Positions 1 through 11,360 of a stretch of 64,000 nt of DNA are shown here, piece by piece (within the stretch, counting starts at the first letter, position 1; each line of letters starts with the position of its first letter). The notes beneath the pieces were generated by a model, which saw only the letters and a list, made by a program, of their open reading frames with translations, had not been told where the DNA came from and ran no database searches. Origin of the DNA: Emiliania huxleyi CCMP1516 (taxonomy: Eukaryota); the NCBI RefSeq assembly GCF_000372725.1, contig NW_005201403.1, forward strand, positions 325,246 through 389,245, given 5' to 3'. The translations under genes were made by a program, and so were the position numbers.

Positions 1-2286
1 ACGCCCGGCCCGTCGTTCTCGGTAAACTTGAGGAAGCGGTCGGCCGACCGCTCGCCGTAGATGGCCAGGAACGAGAGCCACACGCGTATCTCCGGGTCGA
101 GGAGCTCAAGCAGCAGCTCGCGCCGCGCGGCGTCCTTGATCGAGCTCACCTTCTCGAGCAGCGTGGCGCCAGTCAGCGCCAGCTTCTCACCGAACTCGTC
201 GGTCTGCTCGGCGTCGGCAAAGAGCCCCTCGTCGCCCTGCGCGCAGAGCCACTCGTGCAAGAGACAGCACACGATCAGCTCGAGGCGCCGCGTCGTGGGC
301 GCCAGCCACATGCACGTGTACACCCAGTAGAGCCACCGGGTGTCCACGCCTCCCGGCATGTCGCCGAGACGCGCCAGCCCCTCCGAGACGCGGACATAGT
401 TTTTGCAGCCCTTCGACTCCTTGACGGCGAGCACGACGTCGGCCAGCAGCTGCGTCAGAGGGAGCGTGGGGAAGCGTTGGAGGGGTGTGTGAGCGCCTCT
501 TACGTCGGGCGTGGCGCGCCTCCGGGATGCGATGCCGTCCGCTTTTGGTGGAGCCCGAGTGCGCGAGCAGGTGCTCGCGGCGGCAGGCACCAGCCGCCTC
601 GCAGACATTCTTCACCTCGTTGTTGATCACGTGGGACAAGCAGAGGATAAAGAAGCACAGCACGTGCTTTGCCGCACGCATCGAGGTCCAGATGTGCGCA
701 AAGGCGCCGCCCTTGTGCCGCTCCGACGCAATGGTCAAGCTGGCATTGGAGGCGGTGCCGTCGGAGACGCAGAAGTCGATCCGATCGATCGGCAGGCCGA
801 GCTCGTTGACCGCGCGCACGTTGCTCGCGCCGACGTTCACGCCCGTCTTCTTGTGGCCATCGGCGTCTGGCCGGAGCTTAAAGGTGGCGATCACCTCGCG
901 CTCACGCAGCGCCGGCAGCCTCTCGCACGACAGCGTGACGACGACCCAGGCCACCTTGTTGATCGTCACCTCGTCCCACTGCAGCACGTTTCGCCGCTTC
1001 GAGAAGGAGTTCTCCACAGCTCTCTGGCGCTGCACGAACCAGAACTGCATGTCGTGCAAGCGGACCGTCTCGTGGCTCTCGTGCTGCGGCCGCTCCGCCT
1101 CCGGGAGCGACTTCAGGTACCGCTTCGAGCAGGCCGTGGCGACGCCCTGCGCGCCACGCAGCGAGAGGGTCTTACCCGCCGCCGAATGGTAGAGCACGTT
1201 CGTCTCCTCTCGCCATTCTGGGAGGTAGATACCCCCCGCTCGGCTCGCGGGCAGCGCCAGGGTCGACGCCGCCGCGCCGGGTCTGCCGGGAGGCCGCCAC
1301 GAGAGCATGGCCACGTGAGTGCGCCGCATAAGCTCGAGGATCGTCTCGCCGGGCAGGACCTCGAGCGTGCGAAAGCGTCCGGCGCCGCGCAGCAACGAGC
1401 AGTATTGTCGCTTAAAGCGCTCGAGCTGGACCCGCAGCTCGCGCTGGAGGCTGGGGCTGCGCTGCAGCACCGCGTGGAGGGCGTGCAGCTCGTACAGCCC
1501 GCGGAGGCGCGGGATCTCGTCGGGGTGCCGCGCCTGCTCGGCAAGCGCGCGAAAGCACATTCCTAGCCGGCGAGGCTTGAGTGCGACGGCGTTCTCGTCC
1601 ATGGTCTCCAAGGCAAACTCGGCCATGGACAGCTGCCAGACGGCATCTGTGCCCCACGCAGCCTGCGGGTTGGAGAGCAGGCGCAGCATGTCGCGCTCCT
1701 TCTCCTGCCAGAGCTCGCGCAGATTGGCGAGCGCAGTCTCAATCTCCGCCCGCTGCGCTCGCAGCAGCTGCGACCTCGCCAACGCAGATTGCCTAGTCTG
1801 CACACCGGTCTCGAGGGCCTCGAGTGCGTCTGCGGCCGCAGCCTCCGCCAGCTGCACGCTGAGGCTACCCGTCGCGACGCCAGCGGCGCTAGTCAGCTGC
1901 GAGTCCTCAAGGCGAGGCCGCTGCGCCGTCCTGGCGCCTGTGGCGGTCGCGGGTGACCGACCTTTGCCGTAGCCGGGTTGGCGAACGCAAGCGGAGGCGG
2001 TCTGCCCAGCCTTGGAGGCGGCGGCTGCGGCGGGCTGCCGCGCCTTTTGGACGGTAGACGCGCGAGAGGCCTTTTGGGCGGCTTCAGCTCGCTGACTGCG
2101 CGCCTGCTTTTGGCACACCACCCACTCGCCGCCGACAGCCTCGTATTGTGGTGCTTCCGATCGTGACGAGGGCTCAGACGGACCGCGCGAGCCGGCTGCA
2201 CCAGAGACCTCCTTTGGAGGACGATGAGCGCCTTGCATGACGCCCTTGGCCTTGCGGCCGTGTGCAGGCTTCTTCTTCGGCGCCAT
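1..2286 (-). CDS. hAT-superfamily DDE transposase (3' end runs off the window)
   Basis: The ORF carries LQWDEVT (first Asp), CVSDGTASN (second Asp) and CLSHVINNEVK (CxxH). Removing a 70-nt GC-AG intron (519-450) continues the frame as LLADVVLAVKES...GVDTRWLYW (hAT TRW motif) to the window edge. Confidence 0.85.
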
Positions 2287-2813
2287 TGCGACCTGCTTTG
2301 AAGGCGCCTCGAAGCTAGCTCGATGGGTGCGGGTTCATCGCGTGTCTTTTCCTGCGGCCCACTGTGAAATCGGGACCTTAGCTCTCGTTTTAACACAGCC
2401 CGTAAGGTGCCCCGCCGGGGTGCCGGTTCGTTTTCCGCCCACGATCATGACCTCGGAGAACGCATTAGCCGCTACAGCGGAAGCTGTGATTTCGGCTACC
2501 TCGGCAATTTCGATGTAGCGGCTAATGCGTTTCGCGACATAATCGCTAAAACTCGAGCCAGAGCTATGGGCGCCGAGTTCGCCACCCAATTTGTGTTAAA
2601 ACGGAAGCAGGGCTCGTGGTTCGTTAACTGTAGACCACACGGACGCGCGGCCGGCGGCTGAGAAGGCCACGCAGCCCCTCTTCCTGGTCACTGACGGGAG
2701 CACTGGTCGGCGTGTAGACCCCAAGATGGCGCTGTTCGCGCCTCCCGTCCACCACTACCGATCAGGTGGCCGGCCTGGGTGCCCCCCCGGCGGGTGGGAA
2801 AGGGCGCAAAGCT

Positions 2814-2834
2814 CCGTTTCATTGCCTACCCCTG
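2814..2834 (-). mobile_element. Putative 5' terminal inverted repeat of the hAT element
   Basis: The minus strand reads CAGGGGTAGGCAATGAAACGG, a typical hAT CAGGGGT-type terminus, about 550 nt upstream of the transposase ATG. The partner TIR would lie outside the window. Confidence 0.65.
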
Positions 2835-3166
2835 TAGTTTTGACATAGTGGGGGTGCGGAGGTCCTCGCGGAGCCGGAGGGCGGCCGCGCTCGCTCTCCG
2901 GCTCTGCTCTATTTCGGGCGTGGACCACACCAGGAGGTCCAGGACGTACGCACGCCCCGCGGTCTCTTCTGAGATCTGACTTCTCTTGTGACTCTGTCGT
3001 TACACAAGAGGCGATTGCTTACACGTACACGTGGCTCTCTCTAAAGGCTCAGTACAGACGTAAAGGGGAGAGTGAGATATCTGCCGGGACGCACACAAAT
3101 GCGATGTGGCCATCCATACGTACGTCAAGTGAGAGCGCGCCGTGACGCCGTCAGAGGGTGGGTCAG

Positions 3167-4213
3167 TCACCCGACCCTCCGCTTCTTGCCTCGCCCGTCG
3201 GCCTCGCTGGGCGCAGCCGCCGCGGCGGGGGGCGAGCAGGCTGCGCAATACCAATCGCTCTCCGGGATGGCGGCGAGCGGCGGCGAGAGGCAGCCGAGGT
3301 GGAAGCCCTTGTTGCAGCCGTCGCAGAGAAGCATCCTCTCGGCGTCGCGCGGACTGCCGCACACCTCACACTCCTTGCCCACGATGGTGAGCACGTCCGC
3401 AGCGCTCACCGTCGACGTCCCGCCGGCCCCGTTTGCCGTCGGCCAGCAAGCAGCCCCGCGCCGGACTCCGTGGAGGGGGCAGTGCCGCTCGTGCCGCGGG
3501 CGCGAGCAGCGGGCGCACGGAGAGGCGGCGGCGGCGTCGGGCGAGGAGAGCACGAGGCAGTCACGCACATCCTCCGGGTGCAGCAGGTTGTGCTGCCTGA
3601 GGACCTCGAGGTGGGAGCGAAAGGGGGCGGCGAGGCCGCGGAGCTCGGCGGCGTGCTGGACCGCGAAGGCGCGGCAGAGGGCGGGCAGGCACCGGTCGCT
3701 CACCAGCCGGCTGCGCTCCGACCGCTGCACCGCCCCGTTCCACAGATCCATAAAGGCAGCCTCCGCCTCACCGACGCCGCGGCGGCTGCGGATGCGGTCA
3801 GCCGCCTGCTCGAGCTGCCACGCGCCCGCCTCGTGCCGCCACGACGGCGGCACGGGGTCCGCCTCCACCGGCCCCTCGCGCAGCGGCACGCCCCACTCGA
3901 GCGGGTGGTAGAAGCGCGCGAGGCCGCTCGGCAAGCGCTGCTGCGGCGGCGGCGGCGAGACTGGCCGCTCAGCGGCGACGGGCCGCTGCTGCTTCTTGCG
4001 CTCGCGTTGCTCCCGCTTCGATGCCTTGATGGCCGCCGCCTCGCCCCGCAGCAGCTGCTGCGCCGCCTTTTCATTGTACGGCAGCTTGATGTTGTGCTCG
4101 CGGCGGCGTCCGAGCGAGGCCGCGTTGGAGCAGGGCCCGGCGTGGAAGTCGGGCAGCGTGCAGCCCGGAGTGCCGCACAGCCGGACGCCGTCGCCGCTGC
4201 AGCGCTTCGCCAT
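3167..4213 (-). CDS. VEFS-box (SUZ12-like) protein with C-terminal PHD finger
   Basis: RFYHPL...VGEAEAAFMDLWN...SDRCLPALCRAFAVQH...FRSHLEVLRQHNLLHPEDVRDCL follows the VEFS-box pattern. CEVC...LLCDGCNKGFHLGCLSPPL...WYCAAC is a C4HC3 PHD finger. The basic tail GKKRRV is NLS-like. Confidence 0.8.
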   Translation of the reverse strand: MAKRCSGDGVRLCGTPGCTLPDFHAGPCSNAASLGRRREHNIKLPYNEKAAQQLLRGEAAAIKASKREQRERKKQQRPVAAERPVSPPPPQQRLPSGLARFYHPLEWGVPLREGPVEADPVPPSWRHEAGAWQLEQAADRIRSRRGVGEAEAAFMDLWNGAVQRSERSRLVSDRCLPALCRAFAVQHAAELRGLAAPFRSHLEVLRQHNLLHPEDVRDCLVLSSPDAAAASPCARCSRPRHERHCPLHGVRRGAACWPTANGAGGTSTVSAADVLTIVGKECEVCGSPRDAERMLLCDGCNKGFHLGCLSPPLAAIPESDWYCAACSPPAAAAAPSEADGRGKKRRVG

Positions 4214-5219
4214 GAAGGGAGGGGTGTGATGCGCTAGCCGTCGCCCACCCTTGGGCGTCCGCCTCCTCCTATCTCTCTTCGCAGACGCAGTCTCGCGGAG
4301 GCCCTAAAGGCGCTAAAGGGTGTCCATGCGCTCACCAACTCGACGCCGCCCTCTTCGGGCGGCAGGGCGATCCCCGCCGCCCTGTCGGCCTCCTCCCGCT
4401 GCTCGCGCTCGTCGCGCTGCCGCTCCTGGTGCGCCTTTCGCCGCGCCACCCCGTCTCCCGTGTGCCGCGCCCGCTCCGACATGCGGGCCTCTTCCAGTTT
4501 CCCGACCCTCGCGAACTGCGATTGCGTTCCGATCGGACGTCCATCTCGTTCCTACAGTTGTATATTCGACGTTCTTGCTTATATGCGTTTCCGGGTTCCG
4601 ATTCGTTTCCGATTCGTTTCCAGTTCCCCGTCCCTGACGAAATCTTTGCGCTCTCCTTTTTACATACATAATTTGGCGATTATATCCATAAGGGATTTCA
4701 TCCCTTTTTGGTTTGGAGATCCGTGGATTGCGATTGGTTTCGGTTTTGGGTAAAACGTATACAGCTGACGCGATGCGGCCTCTGCCTAGCTTCCTACTCT
4801 AAAGGGTGTGGATGCTGGGTTGAACAAAATCGAGGGACGCGACCCACTTCGCCCCTGGGGTGTCGACGGGCCCCCGGGGGCGACGGGGGTGCTCTCCGGC
4901 CGCGGCGGCCGAAAACGGGGACCTCTAGTACGGTCTAGTAATGAAGTGATGCACTTGATGCAAGGGTGCCATTGTGCTCTACTACAAAAGTTGTGTAAGA
5001 TGCCCAAGTCTCAGACGCTGGATCCTTAGCGGAGCTGAGTTCTGACGGTGTGAACACGAGCAACCGGAGTGACGACCGGGACCGGGCCGTACGCCGGGAG
5101 TGCCCCGACTAGCAGTGACGGGCGCGGACGAGCGAATGAGAGGTCGCTATCTGTGGAAGATGTGTTGTTAGGGACTAGGACTGCCTATCTCTAGACGAGA
5201 ACTCAGGTCAAGGCTGCGC

Positions 5220-5319
5220 NNNNNNNNNNNNNNNNNNNNNNNNNNNNNNNNNNNNNNNNNNNNNNNNNNNNNNNNNNNNNNNNNNNNNNNNNNNNNNNNN
5301 NNNNNNNNNNNNNNNNNNN
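5220..5319. other. Assembly gap
   Basis: Run of N. Confidence 1.
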
Positions 5320-5460
5320 GGCGGAGAAGGCGACGGCAGAGGGGGCGACGGCGGCGGCGGGCTCGGCGGTGGCGGCGACGGTGGCGGCGTCGAGGGCGGC
5401 GGCGGCGAGGGCGGCGGCGGGCTCGGCGGCGGCGGCGGCGAGGGCGAGGGACGCGCCTGA
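5320..5460 (-). repeat. Low-complexity tract encoding (SPPP)n on the minus strand; possible fragment of a Pro-rich gene
   Basis: GGC/GGCGA repeats translate as PSPSPPPPPSPPPP... and run into the gap. Confidence 0.45.
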
Positions 5461-5863
5461 GGTGCAGGGAGGGCGTCAATACTCACAGCACTGGTGGTTC
5501 GGCCTCTAGGAGGCGGGCGGCACCCGAGCGGCTGGCGTATTTTCCGGCCAGGCCGACGAGGGTGAAGGCGTCGATGAGCATAAAGCCGCCCGTGGGCCGC
5601 GCCAGGGCCGCGGCGGGTCCTGGCGACCCCTCGAGGGAGGCCAGGGTGGCCAAGGCAGCAGCCACAGCCTGGGAGGAAAAGTGCGCCGCCGACGCGCACT
5701 TCTCGTGCGGGTCATTCTCGGAGTTGTCGGGGACGTGCGAAGCTACCGCCTGCGAACGGCCGGTTGGAAGACGTCATGGCGGGCATGTACGACCCTTAAG
5801 AACCCGCGTACGACCAGAAGGTCGGCTGTGAGGCGAGGCTGAAGGCAGCCCAAAAACTGCTGG

Positions 5864-7684
5864 TTCTCGGGTCCGAGGGCAGCCTCAACTGGAGTAGGGA
5901 AATTTGGATCTTGGTCAAACGCCTGCTGGGGGCAGCTTCGCGGAAGTATTCCGGAAGCCAGATGATCCCCCAGCAGGCACACACACACGGAGGTGACAGG
6001 GGATGGTGGTGGGTTCAAGCAAAGAAGGGGAGGGAGAGAGCGACGCGGCGAGCGCAGGCGGCGAGCGTGCACGTCGCGTGTGCGGCGTCTTGTTCACTCC
6101 CCTTTGAGCTACCTTTGTGCCCCCTTAGGGGCACCCCTCCTGCGCTGCGCGTATGGTCACCCCTCCCTTCCGCCCTGTTGTTTTGGATGCCCCGCTCCGA
6201 GAAAGCATGTCTCGCAGCTGCGAGAAAAGACCTTCTCGGGTCCGAGGGCAGCCTCAACTGGAGTAGGGAAATTTGGATCTTGGTCAAACGCCTGCTGGGG
6301 GCAGCTTCGCGGAAGTATTCCGGAAGCCAGATGATCCCACTTGTCAACAGCAGGCGCCAGCGCCAATCAAATCTCCCTAGTGATGTTGACAACGGGCAGT
6401 CGAGATGGGCAATCTGACCATGAGTCGTTCATCAGGGGATGAACTCCATGTAGTAGTTAATGGATTCCGATCGGCCAACCGTCTCGCGACAGTGCCACCG
6501 AAGAACAGTGGGAGGACTTTACCGACCCGACTCGGCTGAGCCGTCGGTGCCCGCCGCCCTCGCACGCCCATAGGACGACGATGACGACAGCAGGAGCTCG
6601 GCGCGAGCCGATTTAACTCCTGCCCCATTGTTGTAAGGTGCGTATGGCTCGGAACGTGAAGCGATGCGATGTAGTAGCTCGAATTGGCGTGAACACCGGC
6701 TTGCTGCGCGGCGGGTCAACCCCATTATGCGCAGTCATCCGGAATTCACCCAATCGTTGAAGGCAGGGGCCGAGCATGCCGGAGAGGTAGGCGATCACGG
6801 TCCACGGCGCGTCCCCCTCGACCTCTAGGGTGGAGAGCGGGGTGCAGGCCAGCGGGGCGAGGCATGGCGCGAGGGCCGCGCGTGCAGCCGCCGCCGGCCT
6901 CGCCGCAGACGCCGCGGCGCTGGCTCGGCGAGGCGCCCCGCGCTGCGCATGAGCAGCATCTCCCGCCAGCGCGGCCGCGGCGGCGAGGCCCCCCACCGGG
7001 AGGAGATCGGGCTCTTTCACCTCCAGCGCCGCTGGCGACACATCGAGGCGGTCGATCGCCAGCTGTAGTGCAGCCGAAGAGGAGAAGGGGGCTGCGTCGA
7101 GGAGCCCGCACGTGAGCAGCTCGTTCAGAAAGCGAGCCCACGCGGTTCCGGTGAGAGCGAGGTCCAGCGGGCAGACCATCGGGGCGGGAGTACCGGCGGG
7201 GGGCGCCGCGAGGCGCAGCCGCCGGCCAAAGACGCGCAGCATCGCGTGGTGCGGAAGCTGCACGCGCGCTGCTCCGCTCGGCGCAGCCGCAACCGGCCCC
7301 CAGCGGAGGACGGCAGTAGCCACCACCAGCGGGTGGGCAGCGGGGCCCTGGACGGGGGCGTCGGGCCCCGCGTGAACGCAGTGCACATCGATCGGCGGTA
7401 CTGCCGCGGCCATCGCGCCCGACAGGGGCCGAGCGCGGCTCGCAGAAGCTCTCTTTATTCCCTAGTTCAAGCAAAGAAGGGGAGGGAGAGAACGACGCGG
7501 CGAGCGCAGGCGGCGAGCGTGCACGTCGCCTGTGCGGCGTCTTGTTCACTCCCCTTTGAGCTACCTTTGTGCCCCCTTAGGGGCACCCCTCCTGCGCTGC
7601 GCGTATGGTCACCCCTCCCTTCCGCCCTGTTGTTTTGGATGCCCCGCTCCGAGAAAGCATGTCTCGCAGCTGCGAGAAAAGACC
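5864..7684 (-). mobile_element. Non-autonomous Ngaro/PAT-type (tyrosine-recombinase class) retroelement with split direct repeats A1-ORF-B1-A2-B2
   Basis: Repeat A (220 nt) lies at 7465-7684 and 6013-6232 with 2 mismatches seen. Repeat B (106 nt) lies at 6233-6338 and 5864-5969. B1 directly abuts A2. No RT or recombinase ORF is visible. Confidence 0.75.
6613..7413 (-). CDS. ORF1 (gag-position) remnant of the split-repeat element
   Basis: 266-aa ORF starting just inside A1. No recognisable motif; call is based on position only. Confidence 0.4.
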   Translation of the reverse strand: MAAAVPPIDVHCVHAGPDAPVQGPAAHPLVVATAVLRWGPVAAAPSGAARVQLPHHAMLRVFGRRLRLAAPPAGTPAPMVCPLDLALTGTAWARFLNELLTCGLLDAAPFSSSAALQLAIDRLDVSPAALEVKEPDLLPVGGLAAAAALAGDAAHAQRGAPRRASAAASAARPAAAARAALAPCLAPLACTPLSTLEVEGDAPWTVIAYLSGMLGPCLQRLGEFRMTAHNGVDPPRSKPVFTPIRATTSHRFTFRAIRTLQQWGRS

Positions 7685-8685
7685 ATTTCTGTTGCTGACA
7701 GTTGTGGGCGATCGCGCGCGAACTGACGGCAGGCAAGCCGGCAGGTGGGAGGCGGGGATGTGCCGGGTGGATCCCCAAGCGGGCGAGCCGGGCCCGTGCA
7801 TAGTTCGGGCGCGGGGGGCGCGGGAGCATGAGAAAGACGCACCGACATGCTGGTGGCTACCGGTCTCTTGATTGCCTGATTTTGACGATTCTCGTTGGAC
7901 CGTCGCTCGGAGCGAAATCCCAAAAGCTCTCAGCTCAAAGGGGGAATTTATTTGTTTGGGCAGTGTTCGACCGGGCTACGCCATCTCGTCCCTTTTTCGT
8001 GGATTTTTGCGGGTCAACTACGAAAGAAAGGATATAAGGAAGGCGTAGTGTGAGCAGCGCTTTTTCTCTATTCGTCCGTGCCGATGTGTGTGCTAGTATG
8101 CGCCAGTCCACGCCCTTGTAGTGTCAGCGTGACAGTGTGTGCTGTGAGACACCAAAACGCGAATTCTCACGATACACGAATTCTCACATCTCCGCCGCTT
8201 TGACCTTTGTTTGAGGCTCCTTTACCACCATCGGGAGGCGGCGGCGAGAAAATCAGACTCGGTCGAAAGACCCCATCCCGGGCTGGATACGACTTGTCGA
8301 TCCAACTCCCAGGCTCTGGACAGGACGGCCGCACTGATAACTGCCATTGGCGGTTTGTGACAGGGGCGGCAAGCGACGGGCGGGTGCGCGACCTTTTGAG
8401 CGGCCGTGAGCTCGCCGGGACGTCGCCGACCACCGATCACCGATGGCTCGGATGGCTCGGCGTGCCTCTTCCCGCCAGGGCCAGCGCGGGACGGCCTGCA
8501 GACAGGGAGGGAGGGGGAGGGTGGCCCGCCACAACGACCCCTGGAATTGCGACTCGCCGCTTTCCTCCCACTGTGAATTAAATAAATAAATGAGCATCAT
8601 CTCCCGTAGAGATGGCCACTGTGAATTGCGAAGCGAATTCTCTATTCGGTCGGCAAAGCGCGGGTGGGGGGCGAGGCGCCGAGCG

Positions 8686-9578
8686 ATGCAATCTCGCCCC
8701 CTGGCTGCATTGCTGCGGCGATCGCACGCGCGCAGTGGCAGCGTGGCTGGGAGGGAGTCGCGCTGGATGTCGACGTCGAGCTTCTACGATTCGCAGTCTG
8801 GTCGGCACATCACTCTGGACGAGTGGGTGCGCCTGTACGACCTCACGGCGCCCGCCACCGAGCTTGCTAGCGTTGACAGCGCGGACGACCTTCCTGCTAG
8901 TGGCGGCGTTCTGCTCACGCTAGCTGCTCGGGGCACCGAGGTAGAGGGCCGGGCGGAGGCAGTGGTGATCGCGCAGGCGGCCAAGGCCAGAGACATGCCG
9001 GTTCGGGCGCTGATCAGCAACGCCTTTGGCTGCGAGGAGCACGGCTCGACGGACCCAAATGTCCTGCAGCTCGTTGCGGCCGAGCTGGCGGACGTAGGTG
9101 TCGACGTCATCACCCTCGGCGACCAAGAGGTGCGCGAAGGCACCACAGTCGCCGCCGCCGCTCGACTGCGTAGTCACAGCCCCGCGACGCGAGTCTGTGC
9201 GCACCCGCCGCCACCGCTCTCCTGCCGTTCGCAGGGGTTCGGCAACGAGGATGCGCTCGAGGAGGCGGTGGAGGCGATCTGCTGGAACGACGTCGTCGGC
9301 GTGCCTCTCAGCCACCGGCTCGGCCTCCGTGCCGCACCCACCGAGGAGGGGATCCTCCTGTGCGGCACTGCGGTGGGCGCGCCACCGCCCCGCGCCGCCG
9401 CCGCCCCGCCGCGCTGGCAGGCCCGCCCCGCGCCTCGCCGTAGGCGGGCCCCCAGTTCGCGATCAAGCACATCGACGTGTGCTCGCGTGGCGAGCAGGCG
9501 CCGCAGGCGGGCGAGGTGGCGGCGCTGCTCAAGGAGAACGGGATCGAGCACGGCGTGGACGGCGGCAAACTGCCGTGA
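8686..9578 (+). CDS. Degenerate HMG-CoA lyase-like (DRE-TIM) protein, likely mitochondrial
   Basis: VRALISNAFGCEEHG...VAAELADVGVDVITLGD and LLKENGIEHGVDGGKL resemble the C-terminal half of HMG-CoA lyase. Introns at 9130-9234 and about 9373-9443. Arg/Ser-rich N-terminus. Confidence 0.65.
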
Positions 9579-11110
9579 GGGTTGGCGCGTGTGGCTTTCG
9601 AAAGGGCGGGGTAGCTGAGGGCGGGGTAGCTGGGAGAAACAGAAAGAGAATAGTGAAAGAGGGGGAGGCGAGGCGTGTGGTCTCTCTCTATGTGTGTATT
9701 CCCCCTAATCTCCCCTAAAAAGTTAATAATAAATAAAACGAGCAGCCCGCCGTAGCCGGCATCATCGCACCAACGCCCAACGCCCACCCCTCCAGAGAGG
9801 ACCGCACCTTTCCGAGTGAACCACGTACACTTCAGGAGTGGCCGCGGCGCTCGGTCGGGTCGTAAACGGGAGTAGAATAAAGGAGGGAAGACATGCATGG
9901 CTCAGCGCATCCCTTGTGCGCCCGACCCCGAACTGTTCAGTTGAACTGAACCGGCGACAAACGCAGCCTAATATTCTAGCGTGTCCCGCCCAATACCACC
10001 GATCGAGCAGTCCCGTGACTGTGGCCGCCTAGCTCCCATAGCTCTGGGCATGCGCGAAACCCACGATTGCGCGCGACGCGCATTCAATCTCCTAGCCACG
10101 CACGGTCAGCAGCAGCGGGCGTGAGTCGGAGAATCTGCAAAACCCTTGCCCTCCTTCCTCCAGCATGTGCCGTGATGGGCTCCAGCGCTGGTTCATCTGC
10201 CGCTCAAAAATCTCACGCAAGCGAACGGTGTCAATCCTCAGCCGCGAGGATTGGGACCTTGAAATCCACGATCACAAGCAAACGCGCAGAGCATTGAGCA
10301 ACACACCTCGGGTTGAACCTCTCAAGGTGCATGCTGTCACCGGCAGTCTGCATGTGGATCGTAGACGATGACTATGGCTGGAATAAGCTCAAGTTCGTCA
10401 CGAGAAGAGCTCCAATGCCAGCCAGCTGGCTATCCCACACGCTCGGCCGTCGGCGGATCAGCCCACTTTCTTCGTGTCAAAAGAGCGGCGACATGAAAGC
10501 TCCGAGCACACGCATGGTGCGCATGAGGCAAGCAGGTCAGGGCCTCTCGCCGGCTCCAATTGGCACCAAGTGGCACCAAGTTCCAAGTTCCAGCACACCA
10601 AGTGGGGCCGACGCAGGCGGAAAGATCACAAGCGCCCGTCGACTCTCTGAAAAAAATTCTACGGTCTAGCGCTATTCAAGGTAGACATATTGACCACGTC
10701 GTTGCTGATAGTTTGAGGTGAGCAATGGCATGCACATGCGCGCGTGTGGGCTGGAGGAAGGCACGGCGCGCGTGGCTGGCGTTCACTGTGCGAGTCAAAG
10801 CGCACCGGCCACGGTGGCCATTGCCGAGCCACAAGTGGCGTTGATCAGGAACTCTCATGTAGAGAGCTCTGCTCTGCTACAAGAAAGCAGGCTCACCCTA
10901 CACAGAGAAATTCTGAGGCAGAGGAGCAGGAGTTTTGCAAAATGTGTGAGACGTACAAACGCTGCTGTGCATCAGGCGTTGAGAGCTACATCCACGCGCA
11001 CCGGTGTCTTATTTTAGTCCATGGGGTGTACTGCACAGATGGGTGGGTGGGCGGTTGGGCCCGTTCACGAGGGCTATGGCTGCCTCACGGCTGTGCCTGT
11101 GGCGCTGCCT

Positions 11111-11112
11111 CG

Positions 11113-11163
<51 letters not shown>

Positions 11164-11360
11164 TCACTCGCGGGGCCCCGCGCTGACATTGTCACCGCCT
11201 GTCGTTGGCATTCACTGGCTTCACTGTCACTGTCACTATGGCTGTCACTGTTCCTGGTGCCTTTCACTCCTCCTTGGCAGCTGGCTGTCACCAGCTGTCA
11301 CCAGCTGTCACCAGCTGTCACCAGCTGTCACCAGCTGTCGTTGCTGCCGTCGTTGCTGCT
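11111..11360. repeat. Microsatellites (GCTGTC)n and (CCAGCTGTCA)n
   Basis: Directly visible tandem arrays. Confidence 0.95.

Noticed and set aside
485..1972. Long plus-strand ORFs opposite the transposase (and similar antisense ORFs throughout the window)
   Set aside because: Shadow ORFs caused by high GC and codon bias; no motifs.
4845..4940. GC hairpin followed by CTAGT as another Helitron 3' end
   Set aside because: Imperfect stem, long spacing and no identifiable 5' end.
8148..8650. Possible MITE bounded by GAATTC-containing motifs
   Set aside because: The inverted match is too weak and no TSD was found.
9900..10670. Lower-GC stretch with short ORFs as a decayed mobile-element gene
   Set aside because: No motif could be recognised in any frame examined.
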